Positions 37,553 to 46,729 are shown, counted from the first letter of the stretch. The stretch is 64,000 nucleotides of DNA from an uncultured Chitinophagaceae bacterium (GCA_903884185.1 CAISDV010000171.1:1729-65728), one strand, 5' to 3'. Notes: a model not told the origin generated them from the letters alone. A program made the numbers and translations.

Positions 37553-38704
37553 TTATTTCAGCATCTCTGTTAATATTCCTACTTCATCATTTGTATTAAA
37601 CGCATGCAGCACAATCCTCAACCTTTCCTTTCCTTTTGGAACAGTAGGATATAAAATAGGCCGCACATCCAGGTTATTCTCCTGTAATTTTTCTGCCAGC
37701 GTTTTTACATTTTCATTTCCTGGAATGATCACCACCTGTATCGCCGTTTGAGAAGATAATTTTTCATAAGAGATATTGGCTGATTGAAATTGCTGTATTA
37801 ATCCCTGCAATTGCTTTCTCTCCGCCTGCATGGTTGGAAATAATTTGTAAGCTTCACTGATCATCGCAACCGCATGTGGGGGCAGTGAAGTAGAATACAC
37901 AAAGCTTCTTGAAAAATTAATCAGATAATCGCGTAAAGTAGCGCTACCCAATATTACAGCACCATGGCAGCCACAGGCTTTTCCAAAACTATGCATCCTT
38001 GCAAATACTTTATTCTGCAAACCAAGATGCTGTACCAGGCCTTCTCCCCTTTCACCTATCACTCCAGTAGCATGCGCTTCATCAACCACCAGATGAGCAC
38101 TGTATTTTTCACAAAGAGCAACCAGTTCGTTCAGCGGACAAAGATCACCATCCATGCTAAACACGGTTTCTGTTACTACAATTATATTTCCTTTACTATC
38201 TCTTGTATGTTGTAATCTTTTTGCAAGTGCCTCCATATCATTATGCGCAAAAGAGAACGATTCGGCAAAAGATAAACGGATTCCATCACGGATAGATGCA
38301 TGGCATAAAGCATCGTATAAAATAGTATCGCCTCTTTGTGCAATGGCTGCGATCGATCCAATATTAGCATCATAACCGGAATTGAAGATGAGCGCAGTAT
38401 CTGATTGATGGAAAGAAGCGATTTGTTTTTCAGTTTGTTCTATCAATTGATAATTACCTGCGAGTAAACGAGAGCCTGTAGAACCGGTTGCCCCCGCCCC
38501 GCTACGCAGGTCGGGCAGGAGTTGCCCCTGCCCGACTATGTCATTCAGGCGGGGGTTACTTTCCGTTAATTTATTGTCATGTACGATACCGAGATAGTCA
38601 TTTGAGCAGAAGTCGATTTTACCTTCGGGTAGTTTTAGTTGACGAAAAGAGCCCTCTTTTTTTCGTTCATCCAGCTTTTTATATAAGAAATCGTCAGCGT
38701 ACAT
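37553..38704 (-). CDS. bioF: 8-amino-7-oxononanoate synthase family PLP enzyme with repeat-derived insertion
   Basis: 383 aa; FCSNDYLG, GSTGSRLLAGN, DEAHATG, SFGKACG (PLP lysine); about 18 extra residues PRLNDIVGQG..LPDLRSGAG between the first two motifs. Confidence 0.8.
   Translation of the reverse strand: MYADDFLYKKLDERKKEGSFRQLKLPEGKIDFCSNDYLGIVHDNKLTESNPRLNDIVGQGQLLPDLRSGAGATGSTGSRLLAGNYQLIEQTEKQIASFHQSDTALIFNSGYDANIGSIAAIAQRGDTILYDALCHASIRDGIRLSFAESFSFAHNDMEALAKRLQHTRDSKGNIIVVTETVFSMDGDLCPLNELVALCEKYSAHLVVDEAHATGVIGERGEGLVQHLGLQNKVFARMHSFGKACGCHGAVILGSATLRDYLINFSRSFVYSTSLPPHAVAMISEAYKLFPTMQAERKQLQGLIQQFQSANISYEKLSSQTAIQVVIIPGNENVKTLAEKLQENNLDVRPILYPTVPKGKERLRIVLHAFNTNDEVGILTEMLK
38493..38519. 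mobile_element. 27-nt GC-rich palindromic mini-element, inverted partner, inside bioF
   Basis: CCCGCCCCGCTACGCAGGTCGGGCAGG; separated by 7 nt from the copy at 38527; GTCGGGCAGG/CCTGCCCGAC form a perfect 10-bp inverted repeat. Confidence 0.5.
38527..38553. mobile_element. 27-nt GC-rich palindromic mini-element, same subtype and reading frame as trhO units, inside bioF
   Basis: CCTGCCCGACTATGTCATTCAGGCGGG; minus-strand translation (P)RLNDIVGQ versus ARLNDPVGQ in trhO. Confidence 0.55.
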
Positions 38705-38744
38705 TCATCAAATCTAAAAGTTTGTACTCATATTTGCTGTCCAA

Positions 38745-38776
38745 TTACCGGTAACTGGTAACCGGCAACTGGTAAC
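38745..38776. repeat. stutter tract, family f (CCGGTAACTGGTAAC)
   Basis: ttaccggtaactggtaaccggcaactggtaac, in the divergent bioF / miaE gap. Confidence 0.8.
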
Positions 38777-38780
38777 AAGA

Positions 38781-39389
38781 ATGGAATTATCCAATCATAC
38801 TAAGAACATCCTCGGCCTGCAACTTCCCACCGACCCACGCTGGGTAGATCTTGCCGGCATTAGCCTCGAAGCCATCCTCACTGATCATGCCTATTGCGAA
38901 CAGAAAGCAGCCACTACCTGCATTTCATTGATACAACGTTACCCTGATAAAGAGATGCTGGTGCGCGAGCTCTCACCCCTTGTTACAGAAGAATGGGGGC
39001 ATTTCCGGCTGGTATTAAATGAACTGGAGAAACGAAAACTCAAACTTGGCAAACAAAGAAAAGATGAATATGTGAACCAGTTAATTGCATTCCAGCACAA
39101 AGACGGAAGCCCGGAAGACCGTTTCTTAGATAAAATGTTGACCATGGCATTGATAGAAGCCCGTAGCTGCGAACGTTTTAAAAGGCTGAGTGAAGGATTG
39201 AATGACGAATACCTCCGCAATTTTTACCGCCGTTTTATGGAAAGTGAAGCAGGGCATTATACTCTTTTTATTGAACTGGCGGAAACCTATGTTGATAAAG
39301 AAAGAGTACGCAAGCGCTGGGCAGAGTGGTTAGAGTTTGAAGCAACAGTGATGGATAGTTCGGAGGTGAGGGGGGATAGGATACATTGA
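38781..39389 (+). CDS. miaE: tRNA-(ms2io6A)-hydroxylase
   Basis: 202 aa; DHAYCEQKAA, EEWGHF, EARSCERF, ESEAGHY di-iron ligand motifs. Confidence 0.8.
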   Translation: MELSNHTKNILGLQLPTDPRWVDLAGISLEAILTDHAYCEQKAATTCISLIQRYPDKEMLVRELSPLVTEEWGHFRLVLNELEKRKLKLGKQRKDEYVNQLIAFQHKDGSPEDRFLDKMLTMALIEARSCERFKRLSEGLNDEYLRNFYRRFMESEAGHYTLFIELAETYVDKERVRKRWAEWLEFEATVMDSSEVRGDRIH

Positions 39390-39426
39390 TTATATCTTCC
39401 TCCTTCTTTTACGTAAATGAAAAGAA

Positions 39427-39537
39427 TTACCGCAGAGTCGCAGAGACAGGGAGAAACGCAGAGAGAGCTACTGTTGCCTTAAAGGTTTACTGAATTTAGC
39501 TCTGCGAATCTCCCCGCCTCCCTGTCTCTGCGGTGAA
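39427..39537. repeat. word-hairpin, family a, complete
   Basis: ttaccgcagagtcgcagagacagggagaaacgcagagag ... ctctgcgaatctccccgcctccctgtctctgcggtgaa; between convergent miaE and the GSCFA gene. Confidence 0.85.
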
Positions 39538-39572
39538 ATAACACTTTTATAAACATACTAGTAATATTTTTT

Positions 39573-40607
39573 TCAGCAACCCTTCAATGCTCCTTCAAAA
39601 TATTTTTTTTCTTCTTTCATATCTAAAAATGCATTAACCTTTTCAAGAGCCATCGTCTTTTCAAGATAACCTGCCAGGAATTTTTTATGCTGTGAGGATT
39701 GGGAATTAAACGGCTTATGGCTTACTGCCAGGTTGATCTCGGCAATATGTTTCATCAATTCTCTTGTCTCTTCATTCATACATGCCGCTGTAAATTTCTC
39801 CCACACATATTCTGTTGCAGCATAATTGGGATGCACCAGGTCTTCTGCATAAAAACGGTAATCACGCAGATCATCAATCACTAATTCGTATGCAGGAAAA
39901 TAATACGCCCGCTCATATTTTTCAATAAGCTGGTGTACCGCCTGTATCAATACCGCTTTGCTGCGGTTGTTTTCTATTACCCCTTCGCGTAGGTGGCGTA
40001 CCGGGCTAATTGTGAATATGATTGAAATCTTGGGATTGAATCCCGCCCGGCCATGCCGTTCGGACGGGGATTGAAGATTTTGCACCATTGCATCCAAAAC
40101 ACTGAATGTTTCTTCAGCACTTAGTAATTTCTTTTCAAACCAATCTGAGGGTGCTTTGTGGTTATTGGCTGCAACCGAACCCGGTTGTACATTGGCAGCT
40201 TTAGATGTGAGTGTATAAGTCCATGAGGAACCGAGTGTGATCATCAGGTAATCGGCCTCTTTTAAATATTGATGTGTTTCAGCAATAGAATCATTTATTT
40301 TTTTGAGTGATTCTTCAACACTCATTCCCGAAAAACGGCTATGGTGTTTCCAGCTATGCCAGGATTCGTTAAGACAGAACAGATCGTTATTGCTATAAGT
40401 TTTATTATTTATGCAATCACCCACTGCTTCTGCTACACTCACGGGGTTGAATAATATTCCGTGCGAATTTTCCAGTACATTGAATTTATGCTTGCGCAGT
40501 TTTGCGCCAATGTTTTCTGTAAAGCAGGAACCGATCAACAGCATTTTATGCTTGTGGTTGATAGGCTGATGCAATTTTTTAATATCAAATTCGAAATGAA
40601 ATTTCAT
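39573..40607 (-). CDS. GSCFA domain protein with 9-aa repeat-derived insertion
   Basis: 344 aa; LLIGSCFTENIG motif, ISPVRHL motif; PSERHGRAG encoded by the 27-nt element. Confidence 0.8.
   Translation of the reverse strand: MKFHFEFDIKKLHQPINHKHKMLLIGSCFTENIGAKLRKHKFNVLENSHGILFNPVSVAEAVGDCINNKTYSNNDLFCLNESWHSWKHHSRFSGMSVEESLKKINDSIAETHQYLKEADYLMITLGSSWTYTLTSKAANVQPGSVAANNHKAPSDWFEKKLLSAEETFSVLDAMVQNLQSPSERHGRAGFNPKISIIFTISPVRHLREGVIENNRSKAVLIQAVHQLIEKYERAYYFPAYELVIDDLRDYRFYAEDLVHPNYAATEYVWEKFTAACMNEETRELMKHIAEINLAVSHKPFNSQSSQHKKFLAGYLEKTMALEKVNAFLDMKEEKKYFEGALKGC
40042..40068. mobile_element. 27-nt GC-rich palindromic mini-element inside GSCFA gene
   Basis: CCCGCCCGGCCATGCCGTTCGGACGGG; its reverse complement matches 2714-2740 at 24 of 27 positions. 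Confidence 0.6.
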
Positions 40608-40687
40608 TATACAAATTTTTTCTATTTATCAGAGTCATCCCATCCGCTATGCAGCGGACCGGGAGAGACTCTGAAGAACAACTTTCA

Positions 40688-41545
40688 TCACACAAATATT
40701 TCTGATACAATCAATAAACTTTCTCTTAATGCTTCTTTATTCAATCCGTGCAATAAATTTTTGTCTTCCAGCCAGGCAATCATCCATTCGGAGTCTATAT
40801 TGCCTACCAGTTCATCCTGTGCCATCGGGCAACCGCCAATCCCTTTCAGGGCTCCATCAAACCTGGCACAACCCGCATCCAGCGCTGCTTTCAGTTTTTC
40901 CTTCCGGTTGAAGGGGGTAGAATGTAAGTGAACACCAATCGTTGTGGAAGGGTATTTGGGAATTAATGTATTCAATGTAAAACTGATCTGTGCAGGTGTA
41001 GCTATTCCCACTGTATCAGCCAGTGAAATAATATGTATCTCCCGCTTTACCATTTCATCAGCCCAATGCAATAATATTCCTTCATTATAAATATCGCCAT
41101 AAGGATTCCCAAAGCCCATGCTCAGGTAAATGACCAGTTGTTTATTATTTTTCAAACACAATTCCTGTATCTCTTCTACCCTCACCAGGCTTTCTTCCAT
41201 CGTGCTATTGGTATTGCGTAACTGGAAATTCTGTGAAATAGAAAAAGGGAAGCCCAGGTATCCTATCGTATCATATAATACTGCTTCTTCTGCACCGCGC
41301 AGGTTCGCTATAATAGCCAGCAATTTTGTTTTTGAATCTGCCATATCAATTTTGGAAATCACCTCCGCTGTATCTGCCATCTGAGGAATGGCTTTATGCG
41401 ATACAAAGCTTCCAAAGTCAAGCGTATCAAATCCTACCTTTAATAATGAATTGATATACCTGATCTTTTGTTCGGTTGGAATGAAATGTTTCCACCCCTG
41501 CATGGCATCACGCGGACATTCTATTAATTGTATCTGGCTTTGCAT
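40688..41545 (-). CDS. hydroxymethylglutaryl-CoA lyase
   Basis: Trimmed from TTG to ATG at 41545 (MQSQIQLIECPRDAMQGW...); HMGL-like TIM barrel motifs LADTVG, GVHLHS, GIGGCP. Confidence 0.85.
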   Translation of the reverse strand: MQSQIQLIECPRDAMQGWKHFIPTEQKIRYINSLLKVGFDTLDFGSFVSHKAIPQMADTAEVISKIDMADSKTKLLAIIANLRGAEEAVLYDTIGYLGFPFSISQNFQLRNTNSTMEESLVRVEEIQELCLKNNKQLVIYLSMGFGNPYGDIYNEGILLHWADEMVKREIHIISLADTVGIATPAQISFTLNTLIPKYPSTTIGVHLHSTPFNRKEKLKAALDAGCARFDGALKGIGGCPMAQDELVGNIDSEWMIAWLEDKNLLHGLNKEALRESLLIVSEIFV

Positions 41546-41633
41546 AGTGTTAATCAATTCAAAATTATCATTCCCCGTAGAATTAATTAAAATTGTTTGT
41601 TATAACTTTCCTTCCATCACCAATACTCGCTTT

Positions 41634-42122
41634 ATGAAAAGCATTTTTAGTATTGTACTTCTTTTCTCCTTTTCCTTTACCCAGGCGCAAAAGCATCTTT
41701 TTTTGCGGGTCTATGATCTTTCAGGCAGCAAGATTGCCAAAGGAGAATTCATCTCAGCCTCTGATTCCTCACTGACCCTAAAGAACGGCAAAAACATTAC
41801 AATCCCATACAATAATATTGGCAATATCAAGACCGGGCGAACTATCGGCCATTATGTTTGGAAGTCTGCATTCCCACTGGCAGTCACAAATGCCATTACT
41901 ACTTCTATTGTCACCAATAATTATCCCACTTCCCAGACCAGGAATTATTGGGGCGGTGAATCTGCATTGATTGGTGGCGTATCTGGGGCAGCTGTAGGAT
42001 TTATCATCTGTTGGATCGATGGAAAATTAAAAGGCGTAACGCCGTTAGAAATAAATGGTGATATGGCTCAATGGCAAAAAACAAGGGCGGCTTTGAACAA
42101 ACTTGTACAAGCTAAACCATAG
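41634..42122 (+). CDS. hypothetical secreted/membrane-anchored protein
   Basis: Track ORF 41388.. overlaps the lyase gene; trimmed to ATG 41634 (MKSIFSIVLLFSFSFTQAQ signal peptide); Gly-zipper TM near C-terminus. Confidence 0.6.
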   Translation: MKSIFSIVLLFSFSFTQAQKHLFLRVYDLSGSKIAKGEFISASDSSLTLKNGKNITIPYNNIGNIKTGRTIGHYVWKSAFPLAVTNAITTSIVTNNYPTSQTRNYWGGESALIGGVSGAAVGFIICWIDGKLKGVTPLEINGDMAQWQKTRAALNKLVQAKP

Positions 42123-42132
42123 CTTCATTGAA

Positions 42133-42876
42133 TTATACCCCCCGCTGTTTCATCGCTTCGTAAAAAACAATGCCGGTAGCAACAGACACATTAAATGAAT
42201 CGAATTTCTCCGCCATGGGAATAGAGAAAAAATAATCTGCTGCTTTGGCAACATAAGCCTGCACACCTTTCTCTTCACTCCCCATTACTATGCAACAGGG
42301 CTCTTTGAAATCGAGTTCAAATACTTTTTTCTCTGCACGCATTTCAGTAGTAAATATTTTGATGCCATTCAAATGCAAAGTGTCTATCGCTTTTAATAAA
42401 CTGTTCACACGGCAGATATGAAGATGCTCTAATGCACCCGCACTGCTTTTCATGGCCTCTTCATTTAATGCACCAATGCCTTTATCGGGAATGATGATGG
42501 CCTGTGCACCACAACATAAAGCGCTTCGTGCAATGCCGCCAATATTACGTACGTCAGTGATACCATCCAGCATCAGGAACAAAGGCAGCTCGCCTTTTGA
42601 TACTACAAAATCTATCACCTGCTGCAGGTCCATATAATTTACCAGCGCAGCAAACGCAATAACACCCTGGTGATTGGCTTTGGTGAGATAATTTAATTTT
42701 TCTCCCGGCACTACTTGTATAGGAACATTTAGCTCACGCGATAATTTTCGGATAACCTCTAATGCATCGCCACTGGTATTTTTTTGCAGGAGTATCTTAT
42801 CAATGGCACGCCCAGATTGAAGCGCTTCTACCAGTGGCTGTCGCCCGATGATCATGGAACTTTGTTTAGGAGGCAT
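42133..42876 (-). CDS. rlmB: 23S rRNA (guanosine2251-2'-O)-methyltransferase (SpoU/TrmH family)
   Basis: Trimmed from TTG to ATG at 42876; DGITDVRNIGGIARSA, LVMGSEEKG-like CIVMGSEEKG, NVSVATGIVFYE SpoU motifs. Confidence 0.85.
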   Translation of the reverse strand: MPPKQSSMIIGRQPLVEALQSGRAIDKILLQKNTSGDALEVIRKLSRELNVPIQVVPGEKLNYLTKANHQGVIAFAALVNYMDLQQVIDFVVSKGELPLFLMLDGITDVRNIGGIARSALCCGAQAIIIPDKGIGALNEEAMKSSAGALEHLHICRVNSLLKAIDTLHLNGIKIFTTEMRAEKKVFELDFKEPCCIVMGSEEKGVQAYVAKAADYFFSIPMAEKFDSFNVSVATGIVFYEAMKQRGV

Positions 42877-42884
42877 ACTCAAAA

Positions 42885-43457
42885 TTACAGTTTCAGTTTT
42901 CCCTGCAGCAATAAGAGCTGAACTTTCTGCAAGGCAATGATAGTTACAGCATCTGTGATCTCACCGCTTTCTATCATCTCAATGGCTTCTTTTAATGGTA
43001 TTTTTTTCAGGCACAGTTCTTCTGTTTCTTCAGGTGCAGCTTCATGCTGGGTTAATTCAGTTGCAAGATAGAACACGCTATTCTCATCGGTTATAGAATT
43101 GGAAAGATGCGCTGTTCCCAATATCAGCCACCTGGCAGCTTTCAACCCTGTCTCTTCAAGTAGTTCTCTTTTTGCAGCTACCAATGGGTTTTCATTTACC
43201 GGGCAACCGCCTTCGGGTATCTCCCAGCTATATTCGTTGAGAGTAAAACGATATTGTCCAACCAGCCAAACATTCATCTCATCATCCAACGCAACAACAC
43301 CTGTACCCTGGTTCTTAAAATGCACTTTGCCATAAATGCTTTCACCACCGCCCGGGTTGATCACATTATAATGTGTAACAGATATCCAATCGTTATCATA
43401 CACGATCTCTTCATCAATTACTTTCCAGGGATTCTTATGTGGATCGGTTTCATTCAT
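42885..43457 (-). CDS. NUDIX hydrolase
   Basis: Trimmed from TTG to ATG at 43457; Nudix box GGCPVNENPLVAAKRELLEETG. Confidence 0.8.
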   Translation of the reverse strand: MNETDPHKNPWKVIDEEIVYDNDWISVTHYNVINPGGGESIYGKVHFKNQGTGVVALDDEMNVWLVGQYRFTLNEYSWEIPEGGCPVNENPLVAAKRELLEETGLKAARWLILGTAHLSNSITDENSVFYLATELTQHEAAPEETEELCLKKIPLKEAIEMIESGEITDAVTIIALQKVQLLLLQGKLKL

Positions 43458-43464
43458 ATCGCTC

Positions 43465-43503
43465 AAAAATAAATAATCCCCCGTTGGGTGCGGGGGATTA
43501 TTT
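43465..43503 (-). terminator. rho-independent terminator of metK
   Basis: aataatcccccg / cgggggattatt 12-bp stem; on the minus strand followed by tatttttg. Confidence 0.8.
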
Positions 43504-43504
43504 T

Positions 43505-44758
43505 TTATTTGATACCAAAAGCTTTTTTCACTTTCGGTACATAGTCTAATTTTTCCCAGGTAAACAATTCCACTTTTACTTTCTTTACTTTACCACCGGG
43601 TGATTTGAATTCTTTTATCACTGTTTCATTCTTGCGGCCCATGTGCCCATAAGCTGCTGTTTCGCTGTAGATGGGGTTACGCAGTTTTAAACGCTGTTCA
43701 ATAAAGTAAGGGCGCATATCAAACACACTTTCTACTATCTTATCAATTTCACTGTCGCTCATTTTTACTTTAGCCGTTCCAAAAGTTTTTACATTGATGG
43801 AAGTAGGCTGCGCCACTCCAATGGCATAAGATACCTGCACCAGTACTTCGCTCGCAACACCTGCTGCCACAAGGTTCTTGGCAATATGGCGGGTAGCGTA
43901 TGCTGCGCTCCTATCTACCTTGCTTGGGTCCTTTCCACTGAAAGCGCCACCACCATGAGCACCTTTACCGCCATAAGTATCTACGATGATCTTACGGCCT
44001 GTTAAACCTGTATCACCATGCGGGCCACCGATCACAAATTTGCCCGTTGGGTTAATATGGTATTTGATCTTGTCGTTAAAAAGTTTGGCATATTTTTTAT
44101 ACTTTGCTTTTACACGCGGGATCAGTATTTCAATGATATCTTTTTTGATCTTTTCCTGCATCTTCTGTTCCGTATCAAAATCATCGTGCTGTGTAGAAAC
44201 AACGATCGCGTCTATGCGAACAGGTTTGTTATTATCATCATATTCCAAAGTCACCTGGCTCTTTGCATCCGGGCGCAGGTATTTGATCTGCTTGTTCTCT
44301 CTTCTCAAAACAGCTAACTCTATCAATATTTTATGAGCGAGGTCGAGCGCCAATGGCATATAGTCATCTGTTTCATTGGTAGCATAGCCAAACATCATAC
44401 CCTGGTCGCCGGCGCCCTGTTCTTCTTTCTTCTTGCGGTCAACTCCCTGGTTTATATCAGATGATTGTTCGTGAATAGCCGATAAGATACCGCAGCTATT
44501 TGCTTCAAACATGTATTCACTTTTTGTATAGCCGATCTTGCGGATCACTTCCCTGGCAATTTCCTGTACATCCAGGTATGCTTTGCTCTTTACTTCACCT
44601 GCCAGTATCACCTGGCCTGTTGTTACCAATGTTTCGCAAGCCACTTTTGACTGTGCATCAAATGCAAGAAAGTTATCGATCAATGCATCAGATATCTGGT
44701 CAGCCACTTTATCCGGATGACCTTCGGAAACGCTTTCAGATGTAAATAGGTAAGACAT
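43505..44758 (-). CDS. metK: S-adenosylmethionine synthetase
   Basis: 417 aa; [49 protein letters not shown]. Confidence 0.95.
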   Translation of the reverse strand: MSYLFTSESVSEGHPDKVADQISDALIDNFLAFDAQSKVACETLVTTGQVILAGEVKSKAYLDVQEIAREVIRKIGYTKSEYMFEANSCGILSAIHEQSSDINQGVDRKKKEEQGAGDQGMMFGYATNETDDYMPLALDLAHKILIELAVLRRENKQIKYLRPDAKSQVTLEYDDNNKPVRIDAIVVSTQHDDFDTEQKMQEKIKKDIIEILIPRVKAKYKKYAKLFNDKIKYHINPTGKFVIGGPHGDTGLTGRKIIVDTYGGKGAHGGGAFSGKDPSKVDRSAAYATRHIAKNLVAAGVASEVLVQVSYAIGVAQPTSINVKTFGTAKVKMSDSEIDKIVESVFDMRPYFIEQRLKLRNPIYSETAAYGHMGRKNETVIKEFKSPGGKVKKVKVELFTWEKLDYVPKVKKAFGIK

Positions 44759-44849
44759 AAATAGTATAATTAATTAACGGGTGCAAATATAGGTTGCACA
44801 GGATAAATAAATCGTTTGAAAAGTAGAAATAAAGATTTATGTGGATAGC

Positions 44850-45662
44850 TTATGAAGACAATGACTGGTAAAGCTCCAGGTATTCACTCAAATCGGTATC
44901 CCATCCTTTAAATGGAACCACTTTTTTGCCTTTAACCTTCGAGAATTCATCGGCCAGTTTCTTTTCTACCTTTTCAGCGCCGAATGTAATGGCATCTGCA
45001 TAAGTAGCCCCGCCACGGAACATGGCGGTATTGTTATTTTCCTTGAATGCTTCCAGGTCTTTTTCCTTGATATTGGCATTGATCAGCGCTTTCTTGATAA
45101 AATCGGCGCCCATCTTTTCCTTAAAGGTATTCTGGCCAATGGTATATACCACTTTACTGTTGCTGAAAACGGCTTCTTTCTTGTATGCCGTTTTAATATA
45201 AGCGGGAACCAGGGCAGTCATCCAGCCGCTGCAATGGATAATATCGGGAGGCCATCCAAATTTTTTGACCGTTTCCAATGCACCCTTGCAAAAGAAGATC
45301 GTGCGCAGAGCATTGTCATCAAACCATTTTTCCTGTTCGTCGTGGAATATCTGCTTGCGTTTAAAGAAATCTTCGTTCTCTAGAAAATACACCTGCAGCC
45401 TTGCATTGGGCAGGGAAGCCACTTTGATCTGTAAAGGATAATCGTCATTATCTACTGATACATTGATACCCGATAAACGCACCACTTCATGCAGGCGGTG
45501 GCGGCGTTCATTGATCACACCAAAACGTGGCATGATACAGCGTACTTCCAGTCCACTGTCATTGCTCTTGATAGCCAGTTTATTCACCATCTCGGCAAAT
45601 TCCGTGAGCTCCAAATAAGGCGACATTTCTGTAGCTATGAATAAAATTCTCTTCTTCGACAT
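44850..45662 (-). CDS. glycogen/starch synthase catalytic-domain protein (short Bacteroidota form)
   Basis: 270 aa; KRILFIATEMSPY...RCIMPRFG...IIHCSGWMTALVP matches GlgA N-terminal domain only. Confidence 0.75.
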   Translation of the reverse strand: MSKKRILFIATEMSPYLELTEFAEMVNKLAIKSNDSGLEVRCIMPRFGVINERRHRLHEVVRLSGINVSVDNDDYPLQIKVASLPNARLQVYFLENEDFFKRKQIFHDEQEKWFDDNALRTIFFCKGALETVKKFGWPPDIIHCSGWMTALVPAYIKTAYKKEAVFSNSKVVYTIGQNTFKEKMGADFIKKALINANIKEKDLEAFKENNNTAMFRGGATYADAITFGAEKVEKKLADEFSKVKGKKVVPFKGWDTDLSEYLELYQSLSS

Positions 45663-45762
45663 CGGTTCGGACAGTTTAGGGGGACATTAAAATTCAGTGG
45701 GCAAAGGTAAAGAAATTAGGGGGAAAGGCAATGTTGATAATAAAGAGGGGCGTTTTTAAGAA

Positions 45763-45794
45763 GTTGCTGGTTACCGGTTACTGGTTGCCAGTTA
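45763..45794. repeat. stutter tract, family f (reverse orientation)
   Basis: gttgctggttaccggttactggttgccagtta, about 100 nt upstream of the glycogen-synthase-like gene. Confidence 0.8.
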
Positions 45795-45814
45795 AGGCGT
45801 AGGCATGTCAAACA

Positions 45815-45853
45815 TTCAAAAAAGAAGGGCGTAAGGTGAAAACCCTACGCCCT
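45815..45853 (-). terminator. rho-independent terminator of DUF2911 gene
   Basis: Minus strand AGGGCGTAGGGttttcACCTTACGCCCT followed by TCTTTTTTG. Confidence 0.8.
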
Positions 45854-45886
45854 GTGACGCCCTTCTGAGGCGGGTAAAGAGCTAAA

Positions 45887-46408
45887 TTATTTTATAGAAA
45901 CAGGGATATCCCAGTTTTCCCAACTGAGTGTAAGCCCTTTTTTGTCGAATGTGTACACCAGGCTTTCATTCATCTTGGCAGATTTCTTAGGCTTTACGTT
46001 TACACGCAATACATCATTAGCCGGATCTTCTGTGGTAGAACCATCGCGGTTAATGCCCCATTGGCCTGTTTTAGAATTAATGATAACGGTACATTCAGTT
46101 TCATTTACAAGCAGGTACAAAGTGTATTTGCCGGCAGGTAGTTTCTTGCCTTCGATTGTAATATCCTTGTCGGTCTCAAATTTTGTCGCCTCGTTTGCAC
46201 CGGCTCTCCAAACTTTGCCAAAAGGAACAAGGTCTCCCCATATTTTTCTTCCTTTCACAAACGGGCTGTTGTAGTTAACAGTAATGTTGGCACTACCAAT
46301 TGTTCCGGTAGCAGTAGCTTTTGGGCTTGCCTGCGACCAGCCAAAAGAAGCCATACAGGCCATGATAGAGCCCATGAGTAAGCCTTTCATCCATGTTGTT
46401 TTTTTCAT
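45887..46408 (-). CDS. DUF2911 domain protein, secreted
   Basis: 173 aa; signal peptide; ITVNYNSPFVKGRKIWGDLVPFGKVWRAGANEAT pattern. Confidence 0.75.
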   Translation of the reverse strand: MKKTTWMKGLLMGSIMACMASFGWSQASPKATATGTIGSANITVNYNSPFVKGRKIWGDLVPFGKVWRAGANEATKFETDKDITIEGKKLPAGKYTLYLLVNETECTVIINSKTGQWGINRDGSTTEDPANDVLRVNVKPKKSAKMNESLVYTFDKKGLTLSWENWDIPVSIK

Positions 46409-46500
46409 AGTGCTGAAATTTTTAGGTTACAATAGTTTTAGTTGAAGCGAAAGTTACAAATTCTGTGATAAGATGATATGAAATTTATATGGGTGGTTGG

Positions 46501-46535
46501 GGGGATGCGGGATATGGGATGCGGGATACGAGATT
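46501..46535. repeat. 7-nt periodic stutter tract (GGGATNC)
   Basis: gggatgc gggatat gggatgc gggatac gagattg, about 95-130 nt upstream of the DUF2911 gene. Confidence 0.8.
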
Positions 46536-46729
46536 GTCTCGTCCTGAAAAAGAATTTTCACTTTTTGATCAGTTCAAAATCTTTACTGCGAATAGCCGGA
46601 GGGGCTCTGAGGAAACAGGGCACGATCACTGGATTGTAAGATAGACACGATTTGTGAGTATAAATAATCCTGCCGATCTTGTAACCTCAATCTCAGGGAC
46701 CCTTTTATCTGCTTAGCAACATCCATTCT

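Noticed and set aside
40032-40075. A 9-bp direct repeat gggattgaa flanks the GSCFA-gene palindrome and could be a target-site duplication.
   Set aside because: The two copies are 35 nt apart, which is not a multiple of 3, so a 26-nt insert plus 9-nt duplication would break the frame. The gene is intact on both sides. The 27-nt boundaries (40042-40068), supported by the empty-site comparison at 2714-2740, explain the data better, and the repeat partly reflects the GGG/CCC ends of the element itself.
44759-44849. A SAM riboswitch was expected upstream of metK.
   Set aside because: The 91-nt leader is AT-rich with only a 6-bp hairpin (gtgcaa/ttgcac). It is too short and lacks the conserved SAM-I core strings I can recall. 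I cannot exclude a small class without a covariance-model scan.
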